64,000 nt of DNA, taken from positions 1,674,001 through 1,738,000 of the forward strand of contig OZ024762.1 of assembly GCA_964016885.1 (NCBI GenBank), written 5' to 3'. Below the pieces are notes generated by a model that did not search any database, was not told the origin of the DNA, and was given only the letters and a program-made list of their open reading frames with translations. Shown one piece after another: positions 27,391 through 41,881 of this stretch; position 1 is the stretch's first letter, and every line of letters begins with the position of its first letter. A program made the position numbers and the translations under genes. This DNA is from Eledone cirrhosa. Its lineage: Eukaryota.

Positions 27391-27853
27391 TTAATTTTTT
27401 TTTACTTTTAATTTTAATTTTAATTATTCTTCATAAAACAATGTCAACAATTGCTTTCTCTGGGTTTTTTTTATTTTTATTGTATCACAGTTATCCCCCC
27501 CCCCCCTCTCAGTACCTTCTTCATGGCTGATTACTTGTATGTCACTAAACCCCCTTAACCTGGACACCCCTTCTCCATAAGAAAGCTCCTCCTCTGTCGA
27601 TATTTCAGTTTTTTTTTTGGGGGGGGGGGGGGGTTCTCTTTTCGTTTCTGTTTAGGGTCTCAACTTCTTAGACCTTTTTTCTTTAGCCTAGGGCACTGCT
27701 TCCCAGCCTGGGGCCTGCAAATTTGAAATAGGGGAGGGGGGATTCAAGAGATAATTTCATGTATTTTATTCTAAACAATATATACACACACTATTGGGTG
27801 TATATTCCTCTCTAAATATAAACATAGTATACACGCTGTTGGATAGCTATTTT

Positions 27854-27887
<34 letters not shown>

Positions 27888-27889
27888 AA

Positions 27890-28625
27890 CATAATATATA
27901 CACACTATTGGGTATATATTCTCTTAGTATAAACACAATATATACACACTATTGGGTATATATTCTCTTAGTATAAACATAATATATACACACTATTGGG
28001 TATATATTCTCTTAGTATAAACACAATATATACACACTATTGGGTATATATTCTCTTAGTATAAACATAATATATACACACTATTGGGTATATATTCTGT
28101 TAGTATAAACACAATATATACACACTATTGGGTATATATTCTCTTAGTATAAACACAATATATACACACTATTGGGTATATATTCTCTTAGTATAAACAT
28201 AATATATACATACTATTGGGTATATAATCTCTTAGTATAAACACAATATATACACACTATTGGGTATATATTCTGTTAGTATAAACACAATATATACACA
28301 CTATTGGGTATATATTCTCTTAGTATAAACATAATATATACATACTATTGGGTATATAATCTCTTAGTATAAACACAATATATACACACTATTGGGTATA
28401 TATTCTCTTAGTATAAACACAATATATACACACTATTGGGTATATATTCTCTAGTATAAACACAATATATACACACTATTGGGTATATATTCTCTTAGTA
28501 TAAACATAATATATACACACTATTGGGTATATATTCTGTTACTATAAACACAATATATACACACTATTGGGTATATATTCTCTTAGTATAAACACAATAT
28601 ATACACACTATTGGGTATATATTCT
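27890..28625. repeat. 44-bp minisatellite, about 16 copies
   Basis: Unit CACACTATTGGGTATATATTCTCTTAGTATAAACACAATATATA. Confidence 0.95.
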
Positions 28626-28665
28626 TCTTTTAATGCAATTATTTCCATTTTTTCAATTGATAATG

Positions 28666-28709
<44 letters not shown>

Positions 28710-28854
28710 TATATACATATATGTACGTATCAGTTTAGCGGACGTTTATTATAACGCCCGCTTTGTCCGTTTGTAAACAAACGAACAGCCTGAATTTATG
28801 CTGTACGGTGTTAAGGCAACCACGTCACCTTTTTGTTTAACACTGACACAGGAA

Positions 28855-28895
28855 CGATGTACTGGTTTCAAGCTTCCTAGCTATCATCAGCACCA
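28855..28895 (-). ncRNA. Minimal type I hammerhead ribozyme motif (GUA)
   Basis: Minus strand reads TGGTG-CTGATGA-T-AGC-TAGGAA-GCT-T-GAAA-C-CA-G-T-A-CATCG. Core boxes present; stem I TGGTG/CATCG has two G-U pairs. Confidence 0.65.
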
Positions 28896-29048
28896 CATAT
28901 ATGTATATATATGAAGTTTAATATAGAAGTAGCTTCTACAGGACTAGAACTGTTTCATTCAAAACCATTTCTATATTAAATATGATGTTTACACTCTACT
29001 AATGTATTGAGTACCTTACTGTGGTTACCTCTGATTGAACCCAGGACT

Positions 29049-29141
<93 letters not shown>

Positions 29142-29743
29142 CAAAGGAATTGTGGTAAGGAACCAGATGGACCATAACGCACCAGAGTACTCAATACTTA
29201 GGGTAGTAGAGTGGGAAATAGGAAAAAGTATGACCCCGACAGCAGATCTCAAGCCGTTTTGAGTCCAGAAATAGCCGTCGAAACGGCTTGAGCTCTGCCG
29301 TCGGGGTCTTACTTTTTCCTATATATATATATATACAGACACATACATACAGAGGAGGGGAGTAATTATAATGGGAGCTGTGGGTAAATGTATTTAAATA
29401 AAAAAGGGTCGGTCCTTGCTAGTAAGAAGGATGTAAGTGACAAGTCTAGGGGTTGTCAGACCAGAGCTTATCTCAATTTCATAGGGTGGTTAACTAACTC
29501 CACTGTCGCAAGGTAAACCCTATGTTGTTACTACTGCTGGCATTAGTCCCACCCCCCCTTTCCATCTGAGGGGAAGTGCAGCAATGGGAAATGAAGTGCC
29601 TTGCTCAAGGGTACAGTGTGTCATCGAGAATCAACCTCATGGCCTTTCAATGTTGGGCCAAAGAGCCTAACCCTAACCCTAACCACTAAGCCACATGTCT
29701 TCACATACTTGTGTGTATGTATATGAATGTATGTATATATATT

Positions 29744-29774
<31 letters not shown>

Positions 29775-30555
29775 CTGTGTATTTATATATATATATACAC
29801 ACATATATGTATATATATAGATATATTCACACGTGTATATATTTATATATGTGTGTATATATATATATATACACATGCATGCATATGCACACACATGCAC
29901 GCATACGCACACACATGCACATATATATGGCAGCAGTTACATGCTAAGCTTTTCTCTCTCTATCACTCTTCATTTTCCAAGAAAGGTTCTATGATGTGGT
30001 GCATTTTTTTTTTGTTAGTTATTCCTGACCAAATATATTCCCCACCTTCATCCACCACCTACATACCATTAACCTAACCCCCCCTACCCATGTCCCCCTC
30101 TGGTGGGTCCCTTGTTCATTCAGATGGACCCTGTTAGATAAGAACTGATCCCACTTCCCACATATCAGACATCTATGTCTTCAGTGTGGCTCAACAGATG
30201 TCAAAACTATGCAACTGAAACAGCAGCAGTAGTAGTAGTAGTAGCAGCAGCAGCAGTATTGGTGGTGGTGGTGTGGGTAATAATCAAGCAGTGGGAGAGA
30301 ACTATATACACCATAGAATAGCTTTGTATTTTATTCAGTATATAACAGTATTGCACAAAAACATACTGGTGACAGTATGGTTTCCTACTTTGCACAGGTC
30401 AATATATATATATTTCTGCCATATGTAAACAAACCATGAAGTGTTTATCTCACATAAATTGACCTGTTTAAATAGGAAGCCAAACAGTAACCAGCATACG
30501 TTGTGTAGTATTATTATGTAATGAATAAATTTAAACACACACACACAACATACTA

Positions 30556-30591
<36 letters not shown>

Positions 30592-30956
30592 CATGTACAA
30601 TTTTACTGTGATATTCTTAGAAAAGCTCATCGGAATATCTTGTGAATCTGTTGAAATAATTTCAATGGTTTTTCTTTTTTGTTTATTTGTTTTATTCGTC
30701 GATATTTCAGTTTCACAAGTTACCTCATGATGGTGGTGGTGGTTACAGTGGTGTACTTTTACTACTACTAATACTACAACTATTACCAGTATTATTACTA
30801 CTACGACTACCACTACTACTACTACTACTACTACTATTGTGCATTAGCTTATTTCTGCTGCTAAGAACTTTTAACTTGTGCAGATTTTCGCATATTTGCT
30901 CTCTCTCTCTCACCCTTTCTCTCTTCTCTCTCTCTTCTTCTGTCTCTCTTCCCCTA

Positions 30957-31158
<202 letters not shown>

Positions 31159-32570
31159 CTTCCACCTCTCTCGTTCCCCCCCTCTCTCTCTATATATTCC
31201 CCCTCTCTTTCTCTATATATATATCCCCTCTCTCTTCCCCTCTCTCACAGCGACACCCTCCACCCCAGGAGTGTCAGGGGTGTCAGCTACTAACAAATAC
31301 TTTCGACTTCATAAGCTTTGAGTAAACAACTGGCAGCAGACTTGACCTAAATTCTACCCACGTTTCTTCTTTTTCTCCTCTTCTTCATCTTCTTCTTCTT
31401 TCTACTGCTGCTGCTGCTGCAACAGAGACAGAAGGAAGACTTCCTCCTTCCTCCCCCACCCCCTCACCACCTCTTTACCATATTTCTCCTGTTTTTATTA
31501 TTGTTAGTATTAAATCTCCCCCTAGAAAACCCCCCCCCCAACGTTAGCTTTGTCTTTCATCCTTACAGGGGAGGGAGGTCAGGGTCGATAAGTAAAGTAC
31601 CAGTCATGCACTTGGGGTGGGGTCGATTTAATTGACTTGTCTCTTTCCCCTTTTCTCCCTTCACAAAAAAATTCTTGGCCTTGTGCCTAAATCAGAAACC
31701 AGCATCGAGTTGCGCCCCTTTACGGTCTGAGTTCATATCTATCCCACCGAGGTCAACTTTGTCTTTCATCCTTTCATAGGAATCGGGGTCAAAAACAATA
31801 ATAATTTCCAGTTAAGTACTGTTGGATGTGAGGGTGGGGGTGGGGTGTCAATATAATCGCCTTTCCCCTCCCCTCCCGTATACCTCACCGCCCCACCCAC
31901 ACAAATTGGCAGAATTGGTAGAGCGTTGGACAACATGCTTCCTGGCGTAGAGTTACGGCCCTTTATGGTCTGAGTACAAATCCCGCCGAGGTTAGCTTTG
32001 CCTTTCATCCTTACGGGGTTGGGGGTGGGGGTGCGGGTTGTCGATAAATTAAAGTACCAGTAATGTACTGGGGTCAAAGAGAACTAGCTGAAGGGAGACT
32101 ATAATTATATGACAGCCAGGAGCTTGTCACCCCTCTGTGGTGTTTACTGGTTGCCATAGTAACCCTCAGCTGGACCCCTAGATATTTCGAGCCCTCTCTG
32201 GCACATTAAAATGTTACCCCACTACAGCAATGGGGTCTCCTAGGGATCAGCTTTATGATAATATGGCCTTGATGAATGTTTGTGTATTACTGGAGAAGGA
32301 ATTTGTCTGTGGATATATGTGTATGTGTTTCTATGTGAATATATGTGTGTGTGTCTGTGTATGTGTTTCTATGTGAATATATGTGTGTGTGTCTGTGTAT
32401 GTGTTTCTATGTGAATATATGTGTGTGTATGTGTGTGTATATAATTAAATCCCAATGGGACCTGATAACCCCAACAACACCCCACATCACACCCAACACC
32501 ACCAATACCACCACCACCACCAATAACACCCCCACCACCATCACCACCACCACACCATACCACCACCACC

Positions 32571-32601
<31 letters not shown>

Positions 32602-33223
32602 ATAACACCACCACCACCATCACCACCACCACCACCAATACCACCACCACCACCACCACCAATACCACCACCACCACCACCACCATACCACCACCACCAC
32701 CACCACCAATACCACCACCACCAGCACCACCACCACCACCAATACCACCACCACCACCACCACCAGGTTTGTCTCATGAAGAAAATTATTATTATTATCA
32801 TTAATATTAATATTCTGAGGGCAGCTCTGGCCATGTTACCTCGGCAACAGAAGAGTGGTGGGGTGGTGCAGTGGTGCAGTGGTGCGGTGTATCTGGTTGC
32901 TTTACTGTTCTGAGTACAAATCCCGCCGAGGTAACTTTGCCTTTCATCCTTACGGGTCGATAAAATAAAGTACCAGTAATTCACTGGATAATTGCTGCCT
33001 TGTTCCTAAAGTAGAAACAATTATTGTTTATAGAGAGAAGTGATTCTAGAGGAACCTGTAACATATGTGGGGATAAAGGGGCTTTTTGTGCCTAGCTTTA
33101 GCTATAGTGAAGGGGTTCACGTTGTTTCATTGATGACAGGGACTGTGTTGAAGCCCACGTGTGTATATAACATGTATATGTATGTGTGTTTTGTATGTGT
33201 ATTTACATATATATGTGTGTATG

Positions 33224-33292
<69 letters not shown>

Positions 33293-33314
33293 GTATATAT
33301 ATATATGTATGTGC

Positions 33315-33346
<32 letters not shown>

Positions 33347-33650
33347 GTATATATATATATGTATGTATATATATATATGTATGTGTATATATATATATGT
33401 ATGTGTATATATATATATGTATGTGTATATATATATATGTATGTGTATATATATGTATGTGTATATATATATGTATGTGTGTATATATATATATATGTAT
33501 GTGTGTATATATATATATATGTATGTGTATATATATATATGTATGTGTATATATATATATGTATGTGTATATATATGTATGTGTACATATATATATGTAT
33601 GTGTATATATATATATATGTGTATATATATGTATATATATATATATATTA

Positions 33651-33682
<32 letters not shown>

Positions 33683-34045
33683 CATGAATATATATATATA
33701 TATATTTGTATGTATATATATATGTATGTATGTGTATACATATATATAATGTGTGTATATAAATATGATGCGCTCAAGTTTATATAAACGGGTGCTGTAA
33801 ATATTAGCAATGTGTAGGTAACACTGTAAATATGCATTTGTGTAAATATATAGAGATGTGTGTATGTGCATATATACGCATATATATGTATATATATCTG
33901 TGTGTATGTATATATATATCTGTATATATGTATATATATATATATAATCTGTATATATGTATATATATATATATGTATATATGTGTATATATCTGTGTGT
34001 GTGTGTGTATATATGTATATATATATATGTATATATGTGTATATA

Positions 34046-34122
<77 letters not shown>

Positions 34123-35007
34123 AGTATTTTGTTTGCAGAATTCTATTAAGTGAAGAGAGAGGACCTAAAATTTGAGACTTGTTATAAACACAAACAACAT
34201 CAAAACAAACCCAAACTTTGTTTGTTTCCTCTATTTGGAGGAGGAGAGGTGGGGGACTTCTGGTTTTGTGAGAATGTCGGTGTCTTTGCTCCACCAGATG
34301 AACATTGTAAGCTTGTGGCTTGACCCAACACATCAACACTTTACCTTCCGCCCCACATAAATAACATCGCTTGTGTGGCTAACTAGAAAATAGATGAGCT
34401 ATATATACATATATATATATATATATGTATGTGTGTATATATATATATATATATAGATAGATACATGTATCTATATACACATATATATATATATATATAT
34501 ATACACATGTGTATATATATATATGTATATGTATAGATACATGTATATATATACACAAATATATATATACATACACATGTGTATATATATACATACACGT
34601 GTATATATATATATATATGACCAAAGCCTTGTCAACTAAAAGACTTGCTTTAAAAAGAAACAAAAGAACACAAAATCACAAAAAAAAAGAAATGAAAAGA
34701 AAAAAAAAACTCTAATGATGATGATGATGTTAAAAAGCCCAAGGCAGATGAAATTTGCATGAAAGGGGGTTTGTCCCCTAATCTGTCACTGCATATAGGC
34801 TCCTACAGATTCAAATAACTACAGAAAAATATACAAAATGAACTAACAAGAAAACATTTAAGAAAGAACTGGCTGTCTATGGAACAGTCAGTTTTTTTTT
34901 CTAAATAATTGTAAAATTGTGTAAATTTTGTTAATATTAAAGAGGACAATGCTTTCCATTTATTCATTTTCTTCTTCTTTGTTTATTCATTTTAAAAGAA
35001 ATTGTTT

Positions 35008-35950
35008 TTAACCATTTACCATTTACATTACTCTATATATACTATTGTATTTTCACAGTAAAGGCTTTACCACACATAATATCTCATATAACATTTACAT
35101 TACTCTATATATACTATTGTATTTTCACAGTAAAGGCTTTACCACACATAATATCTCATATAACGTTTACATTACTCTATATATACTATTGTATTTTCAC
35201 AGTAAAGGCTTTACCACATATAATATCTCACATAACATTTACATTACTCTATATATACTATTGTATTTTCACAATAAAGGCTTTACCTCACATAACATTT
35301 ACATTACTCTATATATACTATTGTATTTTCACAATAAAGGCTTTACCTCACATAATATCTCACATAACATTTACATTACTCTATATATACTATTGTATTT
35401 TCACAATAAAGGCTTTACCTCACATAACATTTACATTACTCTATATATACTATTGTATTTTCACAGTAAAGGCTTTACCACATAATATCTCACAACATTT
35501 ACATTACTCTATATATACTATTGTATTTTCACAATAAAGGCTTTACCTCATATAACATTTACATTACTCTATATATATACTATTGTATTTTCACAATAAA
35601 GGCTTTACCTCACATAATATCTCACATAACATTTACATTACTCTATATATACTATTGTATTTACATGGTAAAGGCTTTATCTCACATAATATCTCACATA
35701 ACATTTACATTACTCTATATATACTATTGTATTTTCACAGTAAAGGCTTTACCGCACATATCTTGCATAACATTTACATTACTCTATATATACTATTGTA
35801 TTTTCATGGTAAAGGCTTTACCTCACATAATATTGAATCTATGAGATTTTGATATTATTTATTTATGTTAAATATCAGTATGAGTGGTCAGTTAAGGCTG
35901 GTTTGAACAGAAAGAGGTGAGAGTATTCTGGCTGGATATGGCTGGTTTAA
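35008..35950. mobile_element. Inverted copy of the piggyBac-like satellite element; further copies at 40895-41232, 43793-44595, 49048-49235, 50438-50676 and 55170-55250
   Basis: Same leader, 72/60-bp units and TIR remnants; TAAATGCTAAAGGG|TTAA ends at 44595 and 50676. Confidence 0.8.
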
Positions 35951-36794
35951 ACCCTTTCATTACCATATTTCTAATGAAAGACACTGCCTATGTTTAAGAC
36001 TTTCATTACCATATTTCTGTAAAGTGGTAGTGATGGTGTCATGTTAAAATACACCCAGTACACTCTGTAAAGTGGTAGTGTTGGTGCTACGATACAATAC
36101 ACCCAGTAAACTCTGGGTAAAGTAGTATTGATGTTCCTACAATAAAATACACCCAGTACACTCTGTAAAGTGACTGTTGATGACAATGTATAACAGAGAA
36201 GAGTTGCAGTCTAACGAAATATATGACAATTTGTAAACGAGAGTTATCTTCCCTTACTTCCGCCATCATCTTTGATTCCAGTCGAGAATTCTGCTCACAG
36301 AAAAAGATACCTTCATCAACTTCTTGGTTATTTCTTGTTTGTTTCTTAAGTATTCCTTCAATTTCGTAATCTTATGTAATTGAGGTACAATGAAAATAAA
36401 TGTCACCAAGGTAGGTGTCCTTTCGTTTTAAGTAGATGGTAATATGTGATTTATAATTTCATTTGAGTAATAGTCGTATTTTATTTAATCTTAAGTTTAT
36501 TTTATTTATTTATTTATTTATTTATTCCATTTTAAACATTTCTGTTTACAAATACATACATATGTTTATATGTGAAAAGAGTCAGCACCCCGACGGCTGT
36601 TTTCATTCAAATATGATTTTAAAAAAAATTGAATATATATATATATGAAAAGAATCAGGAGCTCAGCCATCGGGGTCTTGACTCTTTTCCAATTACCCAC
36701 TCTACTACCCTAAGTATTGAGTACTCTGATGCGTTATGGTCCACCTTGTTCCTTACCACACTTTCTATATATATAGTATGTGTGTGTATCTATT

Positions 36795-36830
<36 letters not shown>

Positions 36831-36837
36831 GAGATAA

Positions 36838-37293
36838 ATATACACGGGTGTGTATGATTGTGTATAGAAGATTATATTAATAAGAGGAATTCCAACTTTG
36901 TCTGATTTACTCGTTTTATTTACAATCCTTTAAAATTTATAATGGTATTATAATGAAATAGTATGGTAGAATATTAAATGTTAAGTGTTAATTGAACAAG
37001 TACTTTCATGCTTTCGCAATCTTCAGGTTCATATTCTGTGGTGACAGTCAAGTTTGCAATTTTCAACAGTTGAAAATTGCAAACTTGACTGTCACCACAG
37101 AATATGAACCTGAAGATTGCGAAAGCATGAAAGTACTTGTTCAATTAACACTTAACATTTAATATTCTACCATACTATTTCATTATAATACCATTATAAA
37201 TTTTAAAGGATTGTAAATAAAACGAGTAAATCAGACAAAGTTGGAATTCCTCTTATTAATATAATCTTCTATACACAATCATACACACCCGTG

Positions 37294-37298
<5 letters not shown>
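36838..37298. mobile_element. 461-bp palindrome (230-bp arms) with a minimal hammerhead motif on each strand; Penelope-like inverted pseudo-LTR
   Basis: Centre TCAAC-A-GTTGA at 37068; no arm mismatch found by eye; hammerheads at 37105-37143(+) and 36993-37031(-); (TA)n flanks. Confidence 0.8.
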
Positions 37299-37327
<29 letters not shown>

Positions 37328-37328
<1 letters not shown>

Positions 37329-37470
37329 GATATTTCCTGGCGTCGGACGCTACATTTTTCCTAAAATAAGTCTCAAAACTCTAGCAATGCGTCTTGAAGG
37401 TTGAAGGTTTGTTTCTTTTTCAAATTTTTGGTTAATATTAGGGTGCGTCCTGAAGGACGGGAAATACGGC
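37328..37470. mobile_element. Degenerate mariner/Tigger-like MITE
   Basis: CGATATTTCC..GGACGC / GCGTCC..GGAAATACGG imperfect TIRs. Confidence 0.45.
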
Positions 37471-37548
37471 ATATATATATATATACATATATCCTGATGA
37501 TTTCTCCCGAATGAAACAGTTCTAGTCCTGTAGAAGCCATTTATATAT

Positions 37549-37604
<56 letters not shown>

Positions 37605-38197
37605 GATTTACATATCTACAAAAGCCATGGAGATATGAGAAAACGAGATAAAGATATGTTCCATAACATGTTTGTTGCGATATTAACTTTTCTTTACAAT
37701 GGCTAATCGTGGATTGGCAGTAAAATCGGTAGAGCGCCGGACATCAAGCTTCCCAGCATAGAGATACGTCTGTTTATGTTCTCAGTTCAAATTCCGCCGA
37801 GGTTAGCTTTGCCTTTCATCTTTACAGGGTCGATAAAATAAAGTACCAGTAATACTGAGGGTAATTGCTGGCCTTGTGCCAAAAGTAGAAACAATTATTT
37901 TCCGTAAGTACCTTAAATTCTGAAGAAGGGTCTTTTAGATGTAGAAATATTAGGTCAGAAGAAATAACAAATCAAAGATTACCAGGTAACTTACTTTTTT
38001 CTTACCCCATGTTACATTTTGCATTGTTTAGCCTTCTATCACTTTCCACATTGTATATTTATATTCTAGCTGGCCCCATGATGGCTAAAGGGTAGATGTG
38101 TATTTATATATACCTTTAAACTGTGGTCGTTTTATATTCTTGATAATTCGAATTTATTTCGATATTGCTAGGGACTTGGCTTCTTGGACAACACATA

Positions 38198-38327
38198 CAG
38201 GGTGGTCCGAAAGTCTTGTCACCCCAATTTTTTGTTTTAATAATATAACATATAATATTATTAATTATAATAATAATAATATAATATAATTTATTTTTGG
38301 TAGGGGGTGACAAGACTTTCGGACCAC
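38198..38327. mobile_element. Tc1/mariner-type MITE (single TIRs also at about 45530 and 51611)
   Basis: TA|CAGGGTGGTCCGAAAGTCTTGTCACCCC ... GGGGTGACAAGACTTTCGGACCAC. Confidence 0.75.
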
Positions 38328-39489
38328 AAAAACACTCAGACACACATTCATACACAAAAACACTGACACACATACTCACACACACACACGTACTTTCACA
38401 CACAGCAACAGTCACGCACACTTACATTCACACACACAATAACACTCACACACACTCACAAAAGTGTAGCCATTCTAAGAACGCCAGTTAAAAACAATTA
38501 TCACAAACACATTACTTCCTTGGCGTTAAACTCCGCCAGGTGAGATATTTTTCAAATATTTTTCTCCACAAAGTTCGATCACCAATCGCAGAGTTTAAAT
38601 AAAAAGATCAACTCGTGGTGTGAGTTGGTTGTTCCAGGAAGGAAGGTTAGCAGGTAAGAGGAGCAGAGGCCTGTAGCCAAAATGATGGCTTGATAATGTC
38701 AACCTATGGACTGGACTTCATCTTTGCTCTTTAAACTGCTGTTGGTGAACTTTGTGGAGAAAAACATCTCATGTTGATACGCAGTCTGCCACTGGTGGAG
38801 TTTAGAGACAAAGTATAGTAAGTATTAGATGAGTTACCTCCCATTATGTGACGTACAAAAGCACGAGGGGTAACTTCGTCTTTCATCGTTACGGGGTCGA
38901 TATAATAAAGTACCAGTAATGTACTGGGTAATTGCTGGCCTTGTGCCAAAAGTAGAAGCAATTATATATTAGTAGATTATACTAGACCACTCGTGACCCG
39001 TTGGGTCATGTTAACTTCAAAATAATTAAAACACAGACATGTATATAATGTGAAATGAAACTGGAAGGCCCATTATATATATATATACATACGTGTGTGT
39101 ATGTATGTATATATGTATGTATATATATATGTATATATATATATGTGGGTGTCTCTCTTCCATTCTCCTTCTCTGTCTGCTCTCTATGTCTCTCTTTCAA
39201 TCTACTCTCTCACAACCACTATCTCTCTCTCTCTCCCTCTCTCTCACAACCACTATCTCTCTCTCTCCCTCATAACCACTATCTCTCTCTCTCTGTTTAT
39301 GAAGTTGCCCAGTAAACCCCATATCTCGGGGAACCCATGCTCCGATTTATGTGAAACTTGTTTTATTCCATTTGTATTCCCATTTCAGGGTCAACTTCCT
39401 TTCAAAGTATTTTCCCATTATGCGCCCTTTTGGCTGTATTACATTACAGGCAAGCAAGCAATCACAGACTTTTAGTAATATATAGATAT

Positions 39490-40582
39490 ATTTCTTTATT
39501 AGCCACAGGGGCACAAAAGAAGGGGACAAATACAAAGGGGGAAGTTTACATACAATAAAAACGTGTAAAATGTTATCACAAATGCAATTTAAAAAGTTAG
39601 TCGATTTTCCCCAATAGAGGGAGACAGTTTATATGGGTAACACAGACCCCCGAAAAAAATGTGCAACCCTCATCTCCAGGAGTACGAAGAGCTTGTACTC
39701 CTTTCCTCTCCTCCTCCTTTTCCTCAACCTACAGGCTGATATAGAGAGAAGGCCCATTCACTCGGGCCATTCTCGCCACTTTCACCCACCTTTCATAAAA
39801 CTTGCTGGGGTACAGCACCTCTCTCTCCATCCTGATTCTTCTTCCAAAGTGGTATTTGAAAAAAAGAATCAGTTGTTGGCCGGAGAGAAAGGTGTCTGAC
39901 CTCAGCCCTTTCAACCTTGTCCACCATACAACCTCTTTCGCCATAGCTATCACACAAAGGAAAACCGCCTCTCCTTCGTTTTTGAAGGAGGGTGGCGGTT
40001 TGATCATGACAATGGACTCGGTGGTCAACTGGATTGGTCCCACCCGCGACAATAGTCGTTCTACATAGCCCCACAGGTCAGTGACGCCCGGGCAGTGTAT
40101 GAATGCGTGCGCGACGGTTTCTTCGTCTCGCACGCACCTCGGACAGATCTTTTTTGCAGGGTCCCTGCCCGGGCGCCCATGTCTGTAGAGCTTGTCTCGA
40201 ACTGGTAGAGCTCCTCGGTAGCACTGCCAGGCCAGGGACTTTTGGAAGTTGTCCATCGGTCCCGGGCGGAAGGTCCTACCGAACAGACTGGCCAGTTCAT
40301 CTTCCTCCACGCCTAGAGTTTCACCGAGCGCGTCGTCGCACTTGCTGCGGACCAACCCTCTATAGAATGACGAAGTGGAGTCTCCACTGATCGCCGGGTC
40401 CGCCTGCCAGAGGGCTGTGAGCGCCTGAGCACATTCGATGTGCCAGTCGCCCATTTTCCTCGGTCTCTGCTTGACCCAGGACTGCAGCTCGGTCAGCGAG
40501 ACGAGTCGTGGGAAGGCTCGCCTCACGAACGGGGCCCACACCGGTTGTCCGGTGAGGAATACGTAGAGATGCCGCAGCCTTA
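39490..40582 (-). mobile_element. 5'-truncated L1/Tx1-clade LINE (C-terminal zf-RVT region plus 3' UTR)
   Basis: An open GC-rich frame encodes AWQCYRGALPVRDKL...CPRC..DEETVAHAFIHC (CCHC zf-RVT). Stop at 39729 and AATAAA near 39495. Confidence 0.85.
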
Positions 40583-41539
40583 TAGATAGATAGATAGAAT
40601 GTTTCAAGCAGACTACAACCTTTTATTTATCTATAGTTTATCTAGAACTGCAGGAAATAATGTTATATCTCAACATTTAAGTCTCCTTTATATCTGACAC
40701 TGTTGTTTCTCTATATTATTTTAGGCTAGCAGATGATACAAAGATGTAATACAGAACAAATAGATAAAAAAAACCTGCTCATCTAAATCTCTGGTGAACT
40801 AAAGTGAAATATTGCTTCTCAATTGAGATTAACTCCCACATTTCTCTTCTTCAGTGCCTGGAATATATATAGGATGGTTTTATCTTTGAATTAATTAAGC
40901 CTTTAGCATTTACACTATATATACTATTGGATTTTCACAGTAAAAGCTTTATCTCACATAACATTTACATTACTCTATATATACTATTGTATTTTCACAG
41001 TAAAGGCTTTACCTCACATAATATCTCACATAACATTTACATTACTCTATATATACTATTGTATTTTCACAGTAAAGGCTTTACCTCACATAATATCAAA
41101 TCTATGAGATTCTGATATTATTTATTTTGAGAACAATACCTTAATATCAGTATGAGTGGCCAGTTGCAGTTGGTTTGAACAGAAAAAGGTGAGAGAGTTC
41201 TGGCTGGATATGGCCGGTTTAAATACTAAAAAATTGAACATGAACAGATTTACAAAAAGAGTTAACAACATTTTCAGATATTGATTTCTGATTTAGGAAC
41301 AAGGCCAGTATTTAACTGGTACTTTATTTTGTCAACCCTGGACGGATGAAAAGCAAAGTTAACCTTGATAAGATTTGAACTCCGAATGTAAAGAACCAGA
41401 ACAAATACTACAATGGTATTTTATCTGAGGCTTTACCAATTCTTCTAATCTACCGCCTTTAATATATTCATATATTGAGAAATATAGCGGAAGATATATA
41501 TATATATAGTACTACTACTGGCACTCCAATGATGACGAT

Positions 41540-41790
41540 GAGTATTCCAAGTGGCTGAGCACTCCACAGACACACATACCCTTAACTTAATTCTCAGGAA
41601 GATTCAGTGTGACACAGAATGTGACTAGGCTGACCCTTTGAATTACAGGTACAACTCATTTTTGCCAGTTGAGTGGACTGGAGCAACTTGAAATGAAGTG
41701 TCGTCTTGCTCAAGGACACAACATGCCACCGGGAATTGAACTCATGACCTTACGATTGTGAGCTGAATACCTTAACCACAAAGCCACACG
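41540..41790 (-). mobile_element. tRNA-derived SINE with CORE/V-like CCTTGAGCAAG motif (related copy at about 29570-29695)
   Basis: Minus strand GTGGCTTTGTGGTTAAGG...GAGTTCAATTCC...GTCCTTGAGCAAG. Confidence 0.7.
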
Positions 41791-41881
41791 CTTTCACAGA
41801 AGAAGATATATATGTCAGGAATAACCTATAAGAATAAACAGAAGAGAGATATTTATATATTGTGGTGAGAGAAAAAAAATT

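Noticed and set aside
29666-29686. (CCCTAA)3 telomere-like run
   Set aside because: Too short; it is a local slippage inside a SINE head.
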